The notes beneath the pieces were generated by a model, which had not been told where the DNA came from, did not search any database, and was given only the letters and a program-made list of their open reading frames with translations. Shown here piece after piece: positions 25,204 to 41,700 of a DNA stretch of 64,000 nucleotides. The first letter of the stretch is position 1. Every line of letters starts with the position of its first letter. The stretch comes from Trichoplax adhaerens (lineage: Eukaryota > Animalia > Placozoa): assembly GCF_000150275.1 (NCBI RefSeq), contig NW_002060969.1:124001-188000 (forward strand), given 5' to 3'. The position numbers and the translations under genes are program-made.

Positions 25204-28200
25204 TTACAGCTCTATTGATTCGGAGTCAGAAGAATTATTGTGCCTTTTCATAGATTCTAAATATGGCAAAATGAGTCTGTAGGGTAATTCGGAGAGGACA
25301 AAAACTATTCAGTCAATCAATCAATTTTATGCATAAATAAAAATGCCATAACTCGCCTTTCATAATGTTTTCTTGTGCACGTCGCTGCACTCGTGATGCC
25401 ACTACTGCCTCCGAGTCCATCGTATACTTTACGCCAATATCGCTTGGCAGTAACCTGGGCAGATAATTAGGTAAATGAATAGTCTACTCAGTATTTAAAA
25501 TAATATACTAATAGGTAATAGTGACCTTTTCGTATCCTCCTAATCTTTCAGTTAGCCGATAAAGGGACCATAGATTAACTAAGAAGCATTGTTATGTATT
25601 AGAAGTTACATAATATGATCAGCATTAAACATTTAGATATGCTGATCTGGTAATAATATACTCATACTTACTTTAATGTCCAAGAATAGAAATAATAGAC
25701 ACGAAATTTAATATCACAATTTGTATATATACATTGTTCCCATAAATGATTATATAGACCTTACTTTTTTTGAATCCTAGAGCTGGAATGTGTTTGATTG
25801 GTGTATTTCTGTCTCTCATAAATTTGAATAGGCTGGTGATGAAAGCTGTTTCTTCATTTAAAGGCTTTAAACTCTAATCGTGGTGTAAGCACGTATTAAT
25901 TTTGTTAAATGCTACGTAGAATTATTAAAATTAGTGCGAATATAAATATGTTCAATAAACTGTCGACTACTACATTAATTTAACGTCAAATGACGAACCT
26001 TGCGGTCACTATGTCTTTTTGCAACCATTTGCCTAGTTTCTCTAAACGAGACAGTATCGGTAAAGGAACTGTTATCTGATCTTTTCTTTTTCCTAGGGCG
26101 TCCTTTTAAGACAGGTACTATAGATCCCAAGTCGTAATTAATTAACTGTTTCAGTAGACAGTCAACAACAATAGGACTGGCGATATTATATTGACAAAGT
26201 TCTGATTGACTATGTAATTATAGTTACACCTAATGATTGACGATTTTGCTTCATTAGTTGAACTTCCGGAGATGAAAATTTACTTCGACAGAAGAAGATA
26301 CGTTGAAAATCGTGCGAAACGTCTCCTATAGCACATGTCAAGTCTTTATGTTTCCATTTGTGATATGACTCGCACAGCCTACTCCGCGTCGCTCGATAAC
26401 GACAGTAATGAGCATAGCTCAAAACAGAAACTTGCCTTTTACAGACATGATGGCTAGCAGTCATACTGTCGCCGCTATTTATCGTACTAACAGTCTGAAG
26501 GGCAGATGGATTTATACAAACTAAATTCTTATCATAGTCATTCACAATGTTCGGTCCATTGTGCATTTGGTAACTTCGATTGGAAGGCCAATCGTAGATA
26601 TTTCGTTCAGCTGATATGAGCTCATGACATCTAATAATAATGTTTTCATCAGAAGCTAGTAATTCATCCTACAATAGACAAAAATCTTATCAATAATCTC
26701 GCAAATTCGCTATCATACAACTACATCATACTAAAGAAATTTAAAATTGCAACATCTATGTTCACTTTACTACTCCACTGTTGTACAGTTGCACTAATAT
26801 AATAGCTACTTCGATTCAGCTAAGCTTACACGTGTTCATTCGTTTCACTACTATTAATAATTTGCCAGTACGATCTTAACTAAACGAGTAAGCAAGCGAT
26901 CTAAGAGTTAAACTAATCTTTGCATCTTTATACATTACACATTTTATGTGAATTGCTATAATGTGTACACTCTATGTAACTAATAATTTGATCTCATAAT
27001 ATCGTTAAATCTAGTAGTAAGTGGCTATGCATACAATAAATAATCTTCTAAATTAATCTAACTCATGCGACTGTTGTAAATACTTAGGTATTCTATATTA
27101 AATGATACGCATATACAAAATAGTACTCAGTTAATGTTCATTAGCTATCCGCCAAGTTGGAGTAGTGCAAATAAACGAAAGATTCCAAAATACGAATTAC
27201 AGAATTGTGAAAAATTTAACCTGAGATGTATATTAATATATACGTATATATACAGTAAATAAAACACTATAAAATTTGTATTTTCTGAATAAATTCGTGT
27301 AATACGCGTAAATGCAACGTAAAATATTATTCTCTAACATTTTGTACGCACTATATAAATAGTTTAAGATGAGCATTCATCGTGATTAATCTACAATCTG
27401 AGGATATCATTTAGCAATTACAGTGCATTCTACAATGTGGCAAAGTTTTGGAATAGGAATTCGAATTACGAGAAAGATTAATTCATGATTACTATTTCAT
27501 GTAGTTAGCGCATTTAGCTTCATTGGATATTAAGGCTACGATATAGTACATGTGTTTTACAATTCATTAATCTACGAGTACACGGATAAATACCTCTCCA
27601 TACTGATAAAGTGGACGATTACCATCCGGTGTGTCTTCCGGTCGAAAATAGAGGCGCAGACTGAGTAATTTATCATGTTTTACCGTATCTTCCCATGCCA
27701 ATTGTATTTCAGCTATGCAAATTGGTAAGTCAGAGAATTGAAGAACGAAAAATTCTCCTAAACGATATACGGAGCTGATACCAGAACTTGCTGTTCGTAA
27801 CGATCGATAAAATGAATAAACTCCATGCCAACCACATCGTTCTCCTATCCACTGAAAGAGATGCGTATCGTATAAACGGATTTAATGCTAGGTAAATATA
27901 CGTATTATATTATAATTATTATATATAATTTATCAACGCATAGATACTGTAATGATGTTATTAGCGTCTGTCATGCATTATTTCCTTAGTTTGTTCAAAG
28001 ATCATTTCCATTGTTTATCTATCTGAAAGCGATACTGAAGGAGTTGCAATTGATACTGTAAAATTATCGCTTTCCATGGCTACGTAAGAAGATGCTACAG
28101 CCCTACCAGCGAGTTAGTCACATACATTCAGCTATTTACCGTAAACAGACACCGTACTTTATCAAATTGAGCTGTGACTTGATCCAGCTTACAGTATATA

Positions 28201-28774
28201 GGAAGATCATTACTGTACTGCTCTAATTCGATACCTAAATATCGAATTTATAAGAACTACTATTGCATACAGTATTAGCCAAATATTACATACGATTCTC
28301 TTGCATACGTATTAAATAAAATATACTATACACGAGTAAATCAACAAATTCGCTACATAAAATATCTTTGTTGTTATCTTGATCAATACGGATAATTACT
28401 TAATAGACAAGCATTATTGCATTAAAAAAATTAGAGAAAATTGTATTCAATTTTTTAACTCTACAGTAATAGTTTTTTCTACCAGTCTACTCGTAAAAAT
28501 GTAATAATTTTACATTTATAAATTTGGCAGGAAAAATTTACACATGATCGCAAGCGCCTACTGCTTTTGCAACTGGAAAGAAGCTAACGAAATTTAGTTT
28601 CATCGCATACGCGTGCGTAGATAATAATGTTTATTACTTGAAAATGTACGACCTCCAGGGCATAAAATGCAAAGGATAAACTACAGTTATTCTAGTTTGA
28701 TATGATCTTTTACTTAAGAATAAATCTACCCTTACTTCGCAGGTATAATTTCGTAAATCATGATTTTCCGCCAT
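25204..28774 (-). CDS. ARID5B: ARID5 (ARID5B-type: N-terminal BAH-like domain plus ARID domain)
   Basis: MAENHDLRNYTCE|WIGERCGWHGVYSFY...PICIAEIQLAWED...LYFRPEDTP matches the ARID5B N-terminus; VLSYAHYCRYR; ARID: FITSLFKFMRDRNTPIKHIPALGFKK|INLWSLYRLTERLGGYEK|VTAKRYWRKVYDGLGG..TSAATCTRKHYER|LILPY. Confidence 0.9.
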
Positions 28775-28789
28775 AGCGACATTTCCAAG

Positions 28790-29135
28790 AAATACAGTAC
28801 TGTATAAAGTACGTACAGTCTAGTACAGTACAGTACTGTACTAGTTAACTCCACTCACGTCTGTACGTACAGTACTGTACAGTATTGTACCACTGTACAC
28901 TGTACTGTACAGTACAGTATATAAATTACATAGGCATTGCTGGGTACTGTACAGTACAGTCCTGAGTACTGTGTATTGTGCTCTTTGCCTCAGATATCAG
29001 AATTAGATGTGAGAAAGGTTCTGTTCAGTGTACAGTACAGTACAGTAAGTACAGTAAGCACTGTAAAATAACTGGCATACTGTACTGTACAGTACAGTAA
29101 GTCTAAACCATACTAATTAGAATTGTACAGTACAA
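28790..29135. promoter_or_regulatory. ACAGT array in the ARID5/PYROXD2 divergent promoter
   Basis: Many direct and inverted ACAGT units between the two ATGs. Confidence 0.6.
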
Positions 29136-29271
29136 CATTAGTGTCAAAAACGGGTTTATCGAAGTCTATCCAGCGAGTTCGTTTTGAAGTGTTTATTAAT
29201 TAAGCGATTTCTTTAAATTCTTTACTGTTAAATCGGTTTGCTGTAAGAGGTTAAGCTGATCTTGTAGTAAA

Positions 29272-32200
29272 ATGTATAAATTAATATCTGGAACATCGAA
29301 TATCAATAAGAGATCAATAAAGATATCGAATGATTTGTCGAAATGTGTGATCCGTTGCATATCCAATCGAAAAGATTTAAAGGTCCATTATGATGCTGCC
29401 ATAATCGGAGCAGGTGCTGTTAATAATAAATTCATCGTGATTTTAATCATGGCACTTTGCATGCATTTGCATTTCAGACCAGCTCACAGCTTCCCAAATA
29501 CAGTACAATTCAGACAATTTGTTCAGTATAGTAAATTGCTAGCGATAAAATAAAGATTCTCGCTTAATTATCTTGTATCAAATATTGAGCATACATTTAC
29601 TTGTATGCTACGCACAACTAGATTAGTTATATTCATTCTGTTAATTTTTTCCTTACTTTAAAGTCGTTCTATTAAGTAATACAGTACAGTGCAAGGCTAA
29701 CGGAAGGGACTGCAGTACTGCTGATTGCTGGCCACTTTCGTTGGCAGTTTGGTCGATGCTTGTAATCATTCAGAACCTACTCATTATACCGTAATAATGA
29801 TATGCAAATTTTATAATCCGAGTTGGTTTAGTCTAGTCATAGACTACTAGATACTACTGTACTGTGGACCAGGTATCTAGTAGTCCATGCTTTAGTTTAC
29901 TTACTCCGTAATCAAAAGACTGGTCTAAATTATTAAAATGGACCGATACAAGGTTGAAATTATTTTATCTCTTGGTCTTTCTGAACTTATTCTTATACTT
30001 GTTATTAATGTCCCTCATTTTCTAGGGCATAATGGCTTAGTTGCGGTGAGTGAGCGGGTATTTACAGTCTTTGTTAACATTTACGTAAAATAATACAGCA
30101 TATAATGACAAACAAATCGGATACTGTGTGAGTTGCGATTCTGAAGGTACCTGATGTATAGAGATCTGACAAAATTTTTATTAATTAATTTATTTATTTA
30201 TTTTGTTACAAGCTTGAAGGGTAGGTAAATTTCATAATTAATAAGCGTGGATAAACAGGACAATTGTTAGTGAATATACTGTATAATTTTGTATCATTAT
30301 TTGTCACAGGTCTGAAGAATTACAGTACATTACGCTCATCTTAATTTTTACCTTTACGCAGAAGAATGATGTATGGGTTTGGGTTCACTGGTTTCGTTGA
30401 TCATAAGCGTATTCGATGATAAACAGTACATTACGTTCATCTTAATTTTTACCTTTACGCAGAAGAATGATGTATGGGTTTGGGTTCACTGGTTTCGTTG
30501 ATCATAAGCGTATTCGATGATAAATAAATACATTTCCCATATAGGATACTGCTCATGAATACCAAAACAATAGTTTTAATTCCAGTTCTGTAACTTCAGC
30601 TCATACTTACACTACATAACGTAACTTACAGTTAGTTTCATTATACGAGTTTACTTACTCAATTACTCATACATCTCATAGGCTGCTTACTTGCAAAAGG
30701 CTGGATTGAACGTTGGCGTATTCGAAAATAGAGAAATTATCGGCGGAGCTGCTGTTACAGAGGAAATTTTTCCAGGTCCTTCATATTGGCTATTGAAATA
30801 ATGACTGCATCGTAATATTGTTTGTTTGTCTAATGCAGCGGTGCTGCAATAGTTTTGTCAACAATTGTTAAGATTTCGATGATAAACATGAAAATAGGAT
30901 AGATATGCTTGACAGCTAGAGTATTGAAATGGTATAACAAATTACTTAACAATCGTCATAAACGTCTACGATCAGTTACTCCCTTGAACAAATTTCCTTA
31001 CAGTTTCTAATATCAACGATATCAATTTTGGATTATTATTATACGTCCATAATCTATCGAAATTGATTGTACACTGTACAGTAATTAAAAATATTAAACT
31101 GAGATGAAAAGTCACATTACCCATGATTTAATTATTATATTTAATTACTGTATTTAGGTAACATCAACGACCAGCACTACTGTGTTATGTTTATAAAACA
31201 GTAGCAGATTTCTATAATTAAAGAATCGAATCTAAATTTTAGGATTTAAATTTTCTCGATGCTCGTATGTACTAAGCTTACTAAGACCACAAATTATTAA
31301 GGACCTCGAACTCAAGGTAGTTAAGATTAAGAAAGCATTGAATACACCATTATGTAATATAATAATCGCAGCGATACTCAGAGCATTTATTCAAACAAAA
31401 ATATGAAAATATAAAATTAACGACTAAGTTTTAACGTATCCATATTTCGTCGTAGAAATTCGGGTTGAAAGTTTATATCCGTGACCCAAGCTCTTATACG
31501 CCAGTTTTGAAAGAGTATTCCAACGGTGTTCCTAAGGCATTGATGCTTGGCCGGGATGGTGACGAAAATAGGCGCCAAATTGCTCAATTTTCACGTCATG
31601 ATGCAGAAATTTTTGATAAATACGAGGCATTCTTAGCAGAAATAGGTAATAGCATAAATTAATATCGCTAACAGTCTAATACTGTAAATGGTTATAGGAC
31701 ATTTCGATATTTAGTTTCAGCTATTGATCCGTTATACGACCATCAAGCACTTGATATTGATGCCATAATGAACGGTAATATAAAGGCTAAATGGAAAAAT
31801 TTGCCATCGCTGTACGCCCTCCTTCAAACAGGTGTTTTGTTGATCGTTTTTTTAGGTCTGCTTAGGTATTATTTATCGCTTCCTGTACTCTACAACTACT
31901 AATGTCGGTTAATTATCTTGGCTAATTGTAGGAATAAAGCTAGGGAAAAATATCCCTGATTTTATTAAATTAATGTCTGCCCCTGCCATTAAGATAAGTT
32001 CTATGATGTGATTAAGCACCTTCAAAACAGTTATAATTAATTATGATCATACCTGTATTTTTATCTGATATCATTCGTTACTTTAAGTTTTAGATACCTG
32101 GTTTAAATCTGACGTTTTGAAAGCCACATTGGCTACTGATGCAGTAATTGGAACTACAACTAGCCCATATCTTCCGGGCAATGGGTTGATAATATTGTGA

Positions 32201-33932
32201 TTTTTATTCGCTTTCTGGGCTACTCGTAAGTAATTTTTCTTGTTGCAGATACGTATTACTCCACCATGTTATGGGAGAGGTTGACGGCATAAAGGGTGCT
32301 TGGGGCTATGCTGAAGGTGGTATGGGTGCTGTTTCCTCAGCAATTGCTAGATGTGCCGAATCTCACGGCGCCTCTATTTTTACTAATTCTGTAAGATATA
32401 TCATTATAAATTAAGGCATTTAACTAGACAAAAAGACACCATTGAAATTGAGTTACTAAAAGACACAACTTTAATAATCTGCTAATAGAGTGTAAAAGCA
32501 ATCACTTTGGATTCAAAATCGAAAAAAGCAGTTGGAATAGTATTGAAGAGTGGGGAAGAGATTTCTGCAAGAGTTGTCTTATCTAATGCAACACCGTATA
32601 TAACTTACACCCAACTGCTTCCGAATGAGGCTTTGCAGGAGGAACACGTTAGGAGCATAAGAAACTTTGATTACTCATCTCCTGTAGCAAAAATTAACGG
32701 TAATTATTATTATAGATTAAATTACAATCCTTAGAGCATAAACTTTTTACCATGTATTTCATCCAGCGAAGACCACTTAAAATTGTATGATAATCACTAA
32801 ACTACCAATATTGGTTGCAGCATGAATATTTCTTAACTGAATATAGCAAGTTTATAAAACAATGACCAAGTTTAGCATATATGGTACTTCGTTATTCAGT
32901 ATTTAATGTCTTGTCAGTAACCTTAGATATCTATTTACTGTATTACTATATGCGAGTAACCTGTTGGATTTGCTCAGTAAGAACTTTCAGAGCCTGTATT
33001 CAGCTGATCTAGCAGATACTAATTGCGTTTATAGAATTTGTGTATATTGCTGTAATATTTACATTCTTGTAATATACCGTAACGATTCCTGTCATTAGTG
33101 GCGATTAATCAGCTACCGAATTTTACCGCTACACCGAATACTACTAATAAGCTACCTGGTCCTCAACATCGAGGAACAATTCACTTAAATTGTGAGCATC
33201 CTAAACTTATCCACGATGCTTATGAAGACCTAATGAAAGGAGAAATATCAAAGAGGTAAATGCAGTCATTGACAAATTGTAACAAATGAATCCTTTATGA
33301 TACAGTAATTCGATGATTTTTCCAATTTACGCTTGCTTTAAAGACCTGTTATAGAAATGTGCATACCTTCCGCTATCGATCCAACTATTAGCACCGCCAG
33401 ACTTACAAAAAATCTTCGGCCTAACCAGCGGCGTATGTCTATTTAATTGTTATGATTACTGTGCATTGGCATTCAAGTTACAGCACCAGTTATTTTATTC
33501 ATTAGATCTGTTGCAATATCATGCAAACGTTTAGAAATAATCTGAATTACCCATCTTTCCTTTACCTTCAGAATATCTTTCATGGTGCACTTTCACCTGA
33601 CCAACTGTACTTTAATCGGTCACCTACTTGTCCAAATAAGTCCATCAAAGGAGTATTTATATGCGGCTCTGGCTCTCACCCAGGTCTGTATAAAAGTATA
33701 TGTATTTATTCTGATGTTATATCGTATAATAATATTTTGATAATGATTCCACTTTGTTGTACTGTACATCTACTACTGTCTATTGCTAAAAATACTGCCC
33801 CATCTGTTAATTGATATTTTTAGTAGCATAGCGTTTTTAATAGTATTCCAAATTGTTTCCCTTACAGGAGGAGGAGTATCGGGGGCCCCCGGTCGTTTGG
33901 CAGCGCTAAATGCTTTATCCTACTTGCAATAG
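29272..33932 (+). pseudogene. PYROXD2: PYROXD2 (FAD oxidoreductase, phytoene-dehydrogenase-like); reading frame disrupted near 33388 as assembled
   Basis: YDAAIIGAG|HNGLVA (20-nt exon 30026-30045)|[18 protein letters not shown]|FKFSRCSY..., [32 protein letters not shown]|GGVSGAPG. The DPT-to-LAPPDL junction lacks the intervening segment and shifts frame. Gene identity is secure; pseudogene status is not. Confidence 0.8.
30322..30523. repeat. 101-bp near-perfect tandem duplication in PYROXD2 intron 2
   Basis: Units start at 30322 and 30423 and differ at one visible position (acgCtc vs acgTtc). Confidence 0.92.
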
Positions 33933-34303
33933 CATCAATCAGCTTAACGTATCGCATACTCTTTATTGATTTTTGCATGGAAATAAGCTGATAAACTTCC
34001 ATATGGAAGAATTTATTTTCGAAATACAAACGCAATCAATAAAGTATTGACGGTGTTATATATAGTTCTTTAATATTAAAACTATCTGTCAAGAATGGTA
34101 CTGATAGCCACAAACTGCACCTGTTTGTAATGCCTTCATTAAGATAATAAACAAGACATTAATCAATATAGCCTGTAGTTATCTAAAGAAGTTTAAACCT
34201 TGTCTACGAATAAGTTCGTCGTTTGTCGAAATCAACGTAGACACTAAATCGCAAAGTTTGCTACAAGCGAAATATGACCAGGTTAATAGTATAGTTAACA
34301 GGG

Positions 34304-37865
<3,562 letters not shown>

Positions 37866-38039
37866 TTGCGACGCCATTTACGAAAATTAAGGGCGAATGA
37901 TCTCGTGTAAACCAAGAATTAAAATTATTGTTACGAATATCTTCCCACTGTAAACTCTTGTCTGCAGTATACAGTAGCTTCTGTACTCCTGCACAGCAGC
38001 TACTGCTCGTACTGACAATCCACTCATAGTACAAAGTTA

Positions 38040-38700
38040 TACAGTACTGTATCTCGATGCAATTCACTACTTACTGTACTGTACAGTGCTTAGTAAAAGC
38101 GCATACAGTACACTGTACTGTACAGTACAGCGGGATTAACTTCGGTGGCACTAAGGAAAATAAACCATGTACTGTACTGTAGGCTACATTAAGCCCAAAG
38201 ACCAAAGTAGATAAAAGCTTCGATGTACAGTAGACGTAGCCCAATAACTCAGGGATGTAAACCTGGCTTTTATTTCTATAGATTTGTTCTAATTTGTACA
38301 GTATTCGTAAATTTTTGACGAAGGATAGCGTACTGTACAGTATATACTATAAGACTGTTATGTTCGTGGTAATCGGTAGTACTGTACAGTAGGTTTAATT
38401 GAGAATCGTTTATTAATCAATCAGAATCGTGCATTTATACATTTCCGAAATTACTTTATATATGGTACAATTAATGTGTGTTTTAACACGTTTAAGTAGC
38501 AATATCTATATTTAATAGAATAGAATACACACTGAAATTATAGCAAACCTATTAATGGAAGTAACTTCACAATCCAAGTACTGTACTGTACTGTACTACA
38601 GTACAGTACTCTACAACAAAGACCACTATTGAAGGGGCGTGGCGAGCCCTCTAAAATGTTTGAAGAAATGTACTGTACAGTACAGTACTTTAAATTTGGC
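38040..38700. repeat. ACAGT arrays upstream of eRF1
   Basis: Clusters at about 38040-38185, 38330-38390 and 38578-38690. Confidence 0.6.
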
Positions 38701-41700
38701 TCAAATTCCATGCAGACAGATCTGTGCAACCTTGAGCAATTAGCTCTTGATATATTTTATTACTTTTTACCGCAGTATTGAATAATTATATTTCTTTAAA
38801 GTTTCTAATGCAAACGATCAGTCGCTGTTACATGCACGGTCACTCCAACCATTTTACAAGTCACGTTGTAATACCGGTCTACAGTACAGTATACAGTACT
38901 GTACCTACTTACCTACTGTCAATATTACGGTATAAACTAGGGATACAGTACGCCGTCAAAATGAGTTTTTATTTAGCTTGTTAAGAGGATACACAATGTG
39001 CATTGTGCATTGCACACAGATAAAAAGAATTATTAACATCTAAATAATTTTATGTAGAGACACGGCGCAATACGTATCTCCTAGGTAAATCCAACGAGCT
39101 ATAAAGTATACCACATTATGAGCAAGAAATAGGATACTCTGCACTTAATGATGCATGTTATACGCATCACTGTACAGTACATGCTGTTGTATTACCAAGA
39201 ATCCAGTGTAACGACGTTAATAATATCTACATTTATTTGCTAAGAGCATTCAGAAATTAATAAAATTTAAAATTTAATATATTATACGGAATTTTAGTAT
39301 GTGATTAGTAGATACTATATCACGTATACATCCAATAAACAATGGGATTGTATGGAGCACTGACCATCACAAATTCGACAATCAAAATTTGTAATCCTGC
39401 GGATAATCTAGATGCGTACACTAGCTTAACAACTGCAGAAACTCATATATGGTATAGCAATTACCATACTCCTGTCGCAAATAATTATATTAATCTTATA
39501 ATAAATTAACAGTAACATGAGATGCTGCACAATCGAAAGTACGCTAATGAATTGTGGCCTAAATTTGTGCATATAGAGCAGAATAATAGTAACAATACTT
39601 ACGATTTATCGTAATATTTTGCTATTTCTGTAGTCGTTTCTTATTTACTCCTATGAAAATTATATTCTTAATTCCTCTGCCGCTAACATCATAGCAATCT
39701 AACTGAGAATCACTCCAAGCCACTGATAAAATCATATTATCGATAGTGCACTTGTTCTCAACTATTTGCTAGTACATCATAAACACCCGCAATTTTAATC
39801 ACTTATTTTAAACTGCTATTACTATGCGAAATAAGTACCAAAAAAGAACTGCACGTATACGAAGTACTGTATAACCTTTTATAAAGTGTAACCGAGATCA
39901 AGAATCTGAGACTTTGAGCTTTCCTTTAGCCTACTCATTGGAAGTACATGCCAAGCGCGATATCCTACACACGTTAACGAGACGTAAGAACTGTGGCAAT
40001 AATCAGCTCTAGTACGAACATAACTTTAATACCATATCCTAACGCACGTGAACATTTGTAGCATGTGATCTTAATCTAGTACAGTACAGTAGATAAGATG
40101 TAGATAAGCCGTAAATAGTAAATAGTATTGTACTGTACGATATCTAGGATTCCCCACGTTCTATGGCGCGTACACTACTGTACAGTACAAGGTAACAAGC
40201 AGTAGTTTACAGGACGGGCGATGTTATGACATAAAGATCACTTTGTAGTACTGTATACGACGTACTGTATCATTTATACGAAGGTAGAGAATGTAAGCAA
40301 CACAATCTGTACTCGCGAAACTCGGATAAAGCAATTAATATTCTACAGTATATTACTACCTAGAAATCAATCAATAACAGTAGTGAATAGGACTTTACGT
40401 GATAAGTTAAAAGTGATTATAGCTCCTTCTTCTATCGTAAAGTGATGTCAAATGATGCCACTTTCACGAATTATGTTAATATGTCAAAAGTCGTACCTAA
40501 TTATGAACACAGGTGAAAACAAAATCAAAATAGAAGAGACCTTGGCGCACGCGAGAAATAATTTAAATGGAAGAAGAAAAAATAAAAAAATTGTTGTAAT
40601 ACATGTAAAATCTATTATATATTTTATACAATAACGATATATGCCCGGTCGCCAACAAGATCGATTTTATATTGAAATAATGATTCAAAGTTTTTTAAGG
40701 TAATAGCCATTAGCCACAGAGGTATTAAGTAATAGCTGAGTTTAATATAGTGAATGCTTCGTATGATTGGTGATTTACTTACCCTTAAGCTTACTGCGGT
40801 CGCTTTTATAGTTTTATCTGTAAGACATGTTTATAGTGAGCAACGCACCACCAATGAATCTGATTTTATAAACAAAATATATTAGTGCACTAAACGATTT
40901 AGTATCCAGCAATATCTGAGATACTGTTCTTCAAGTACTGTACTCATTTAGAAATTGCAGTAAAATAATAACTGACAATCTAAAATATAGCTGAAAGGAT
41001 TTGTTAACACTTACAATAATTAATGAGTAAAAAATTCGATAGGTTTGGTTGAAAATCCTCATTACCACTAGCATACTTCATACGGGAATTTTGATAGGTC
41101 TAAAACCTTGCATGGGTCATATTGAGATTGTTACTAATAAATATATTAGTATTTTCATGTTTTCGTTAAACAAATTTTGGTGATAAAGTAAACAATTTTT
41201 TAACGCCCGACATATGCTAGATAGGCTTCAATACAGCTAAAGTGAGTAGAGCTTACTATCTTAAACACGACCCACAAGTAATTATTTGACTAACCATGTT
41301 CACGAATAGCACAGTATCGGTAATTTATTGTATAATAGTATAGAAGCATATGAATAACAGCTATCTATCCACTTATTTATATTAGAAGAGCTATTATCAG
41401 AAGATATTACGTAACATTCATAAGTATTCTCAGTTATTTGCAGCTAATAGATTATATACTAATTTTAGCAGCATAAGGAGAATGTTGATTCGTGTTTATG
41501 TCATCCATGAAGTTATAATGAGTAGAAAATATTTGACATCATTGTTATGGATTCTTTCTCGTAATTACTTTTTTAAATTCACTTTGATTAGAAATAAATA
41601 TTTACTTATTCGTGTTATGTAAATTAAAAAAAATTTAATCTTTGAATCCTTATTAAATCCTATGTATAGAATTTGTCAGAGCGATGAGAAGTTTATCTCA

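Noticed and set aside
34100-34145. SECIS-like ATGAAGGCATTACAAAC in the eRF1 3' UTR
   Set aside because: No 3' GA to form the quartet, and no in-frame internal TGA in a selenoprotein.
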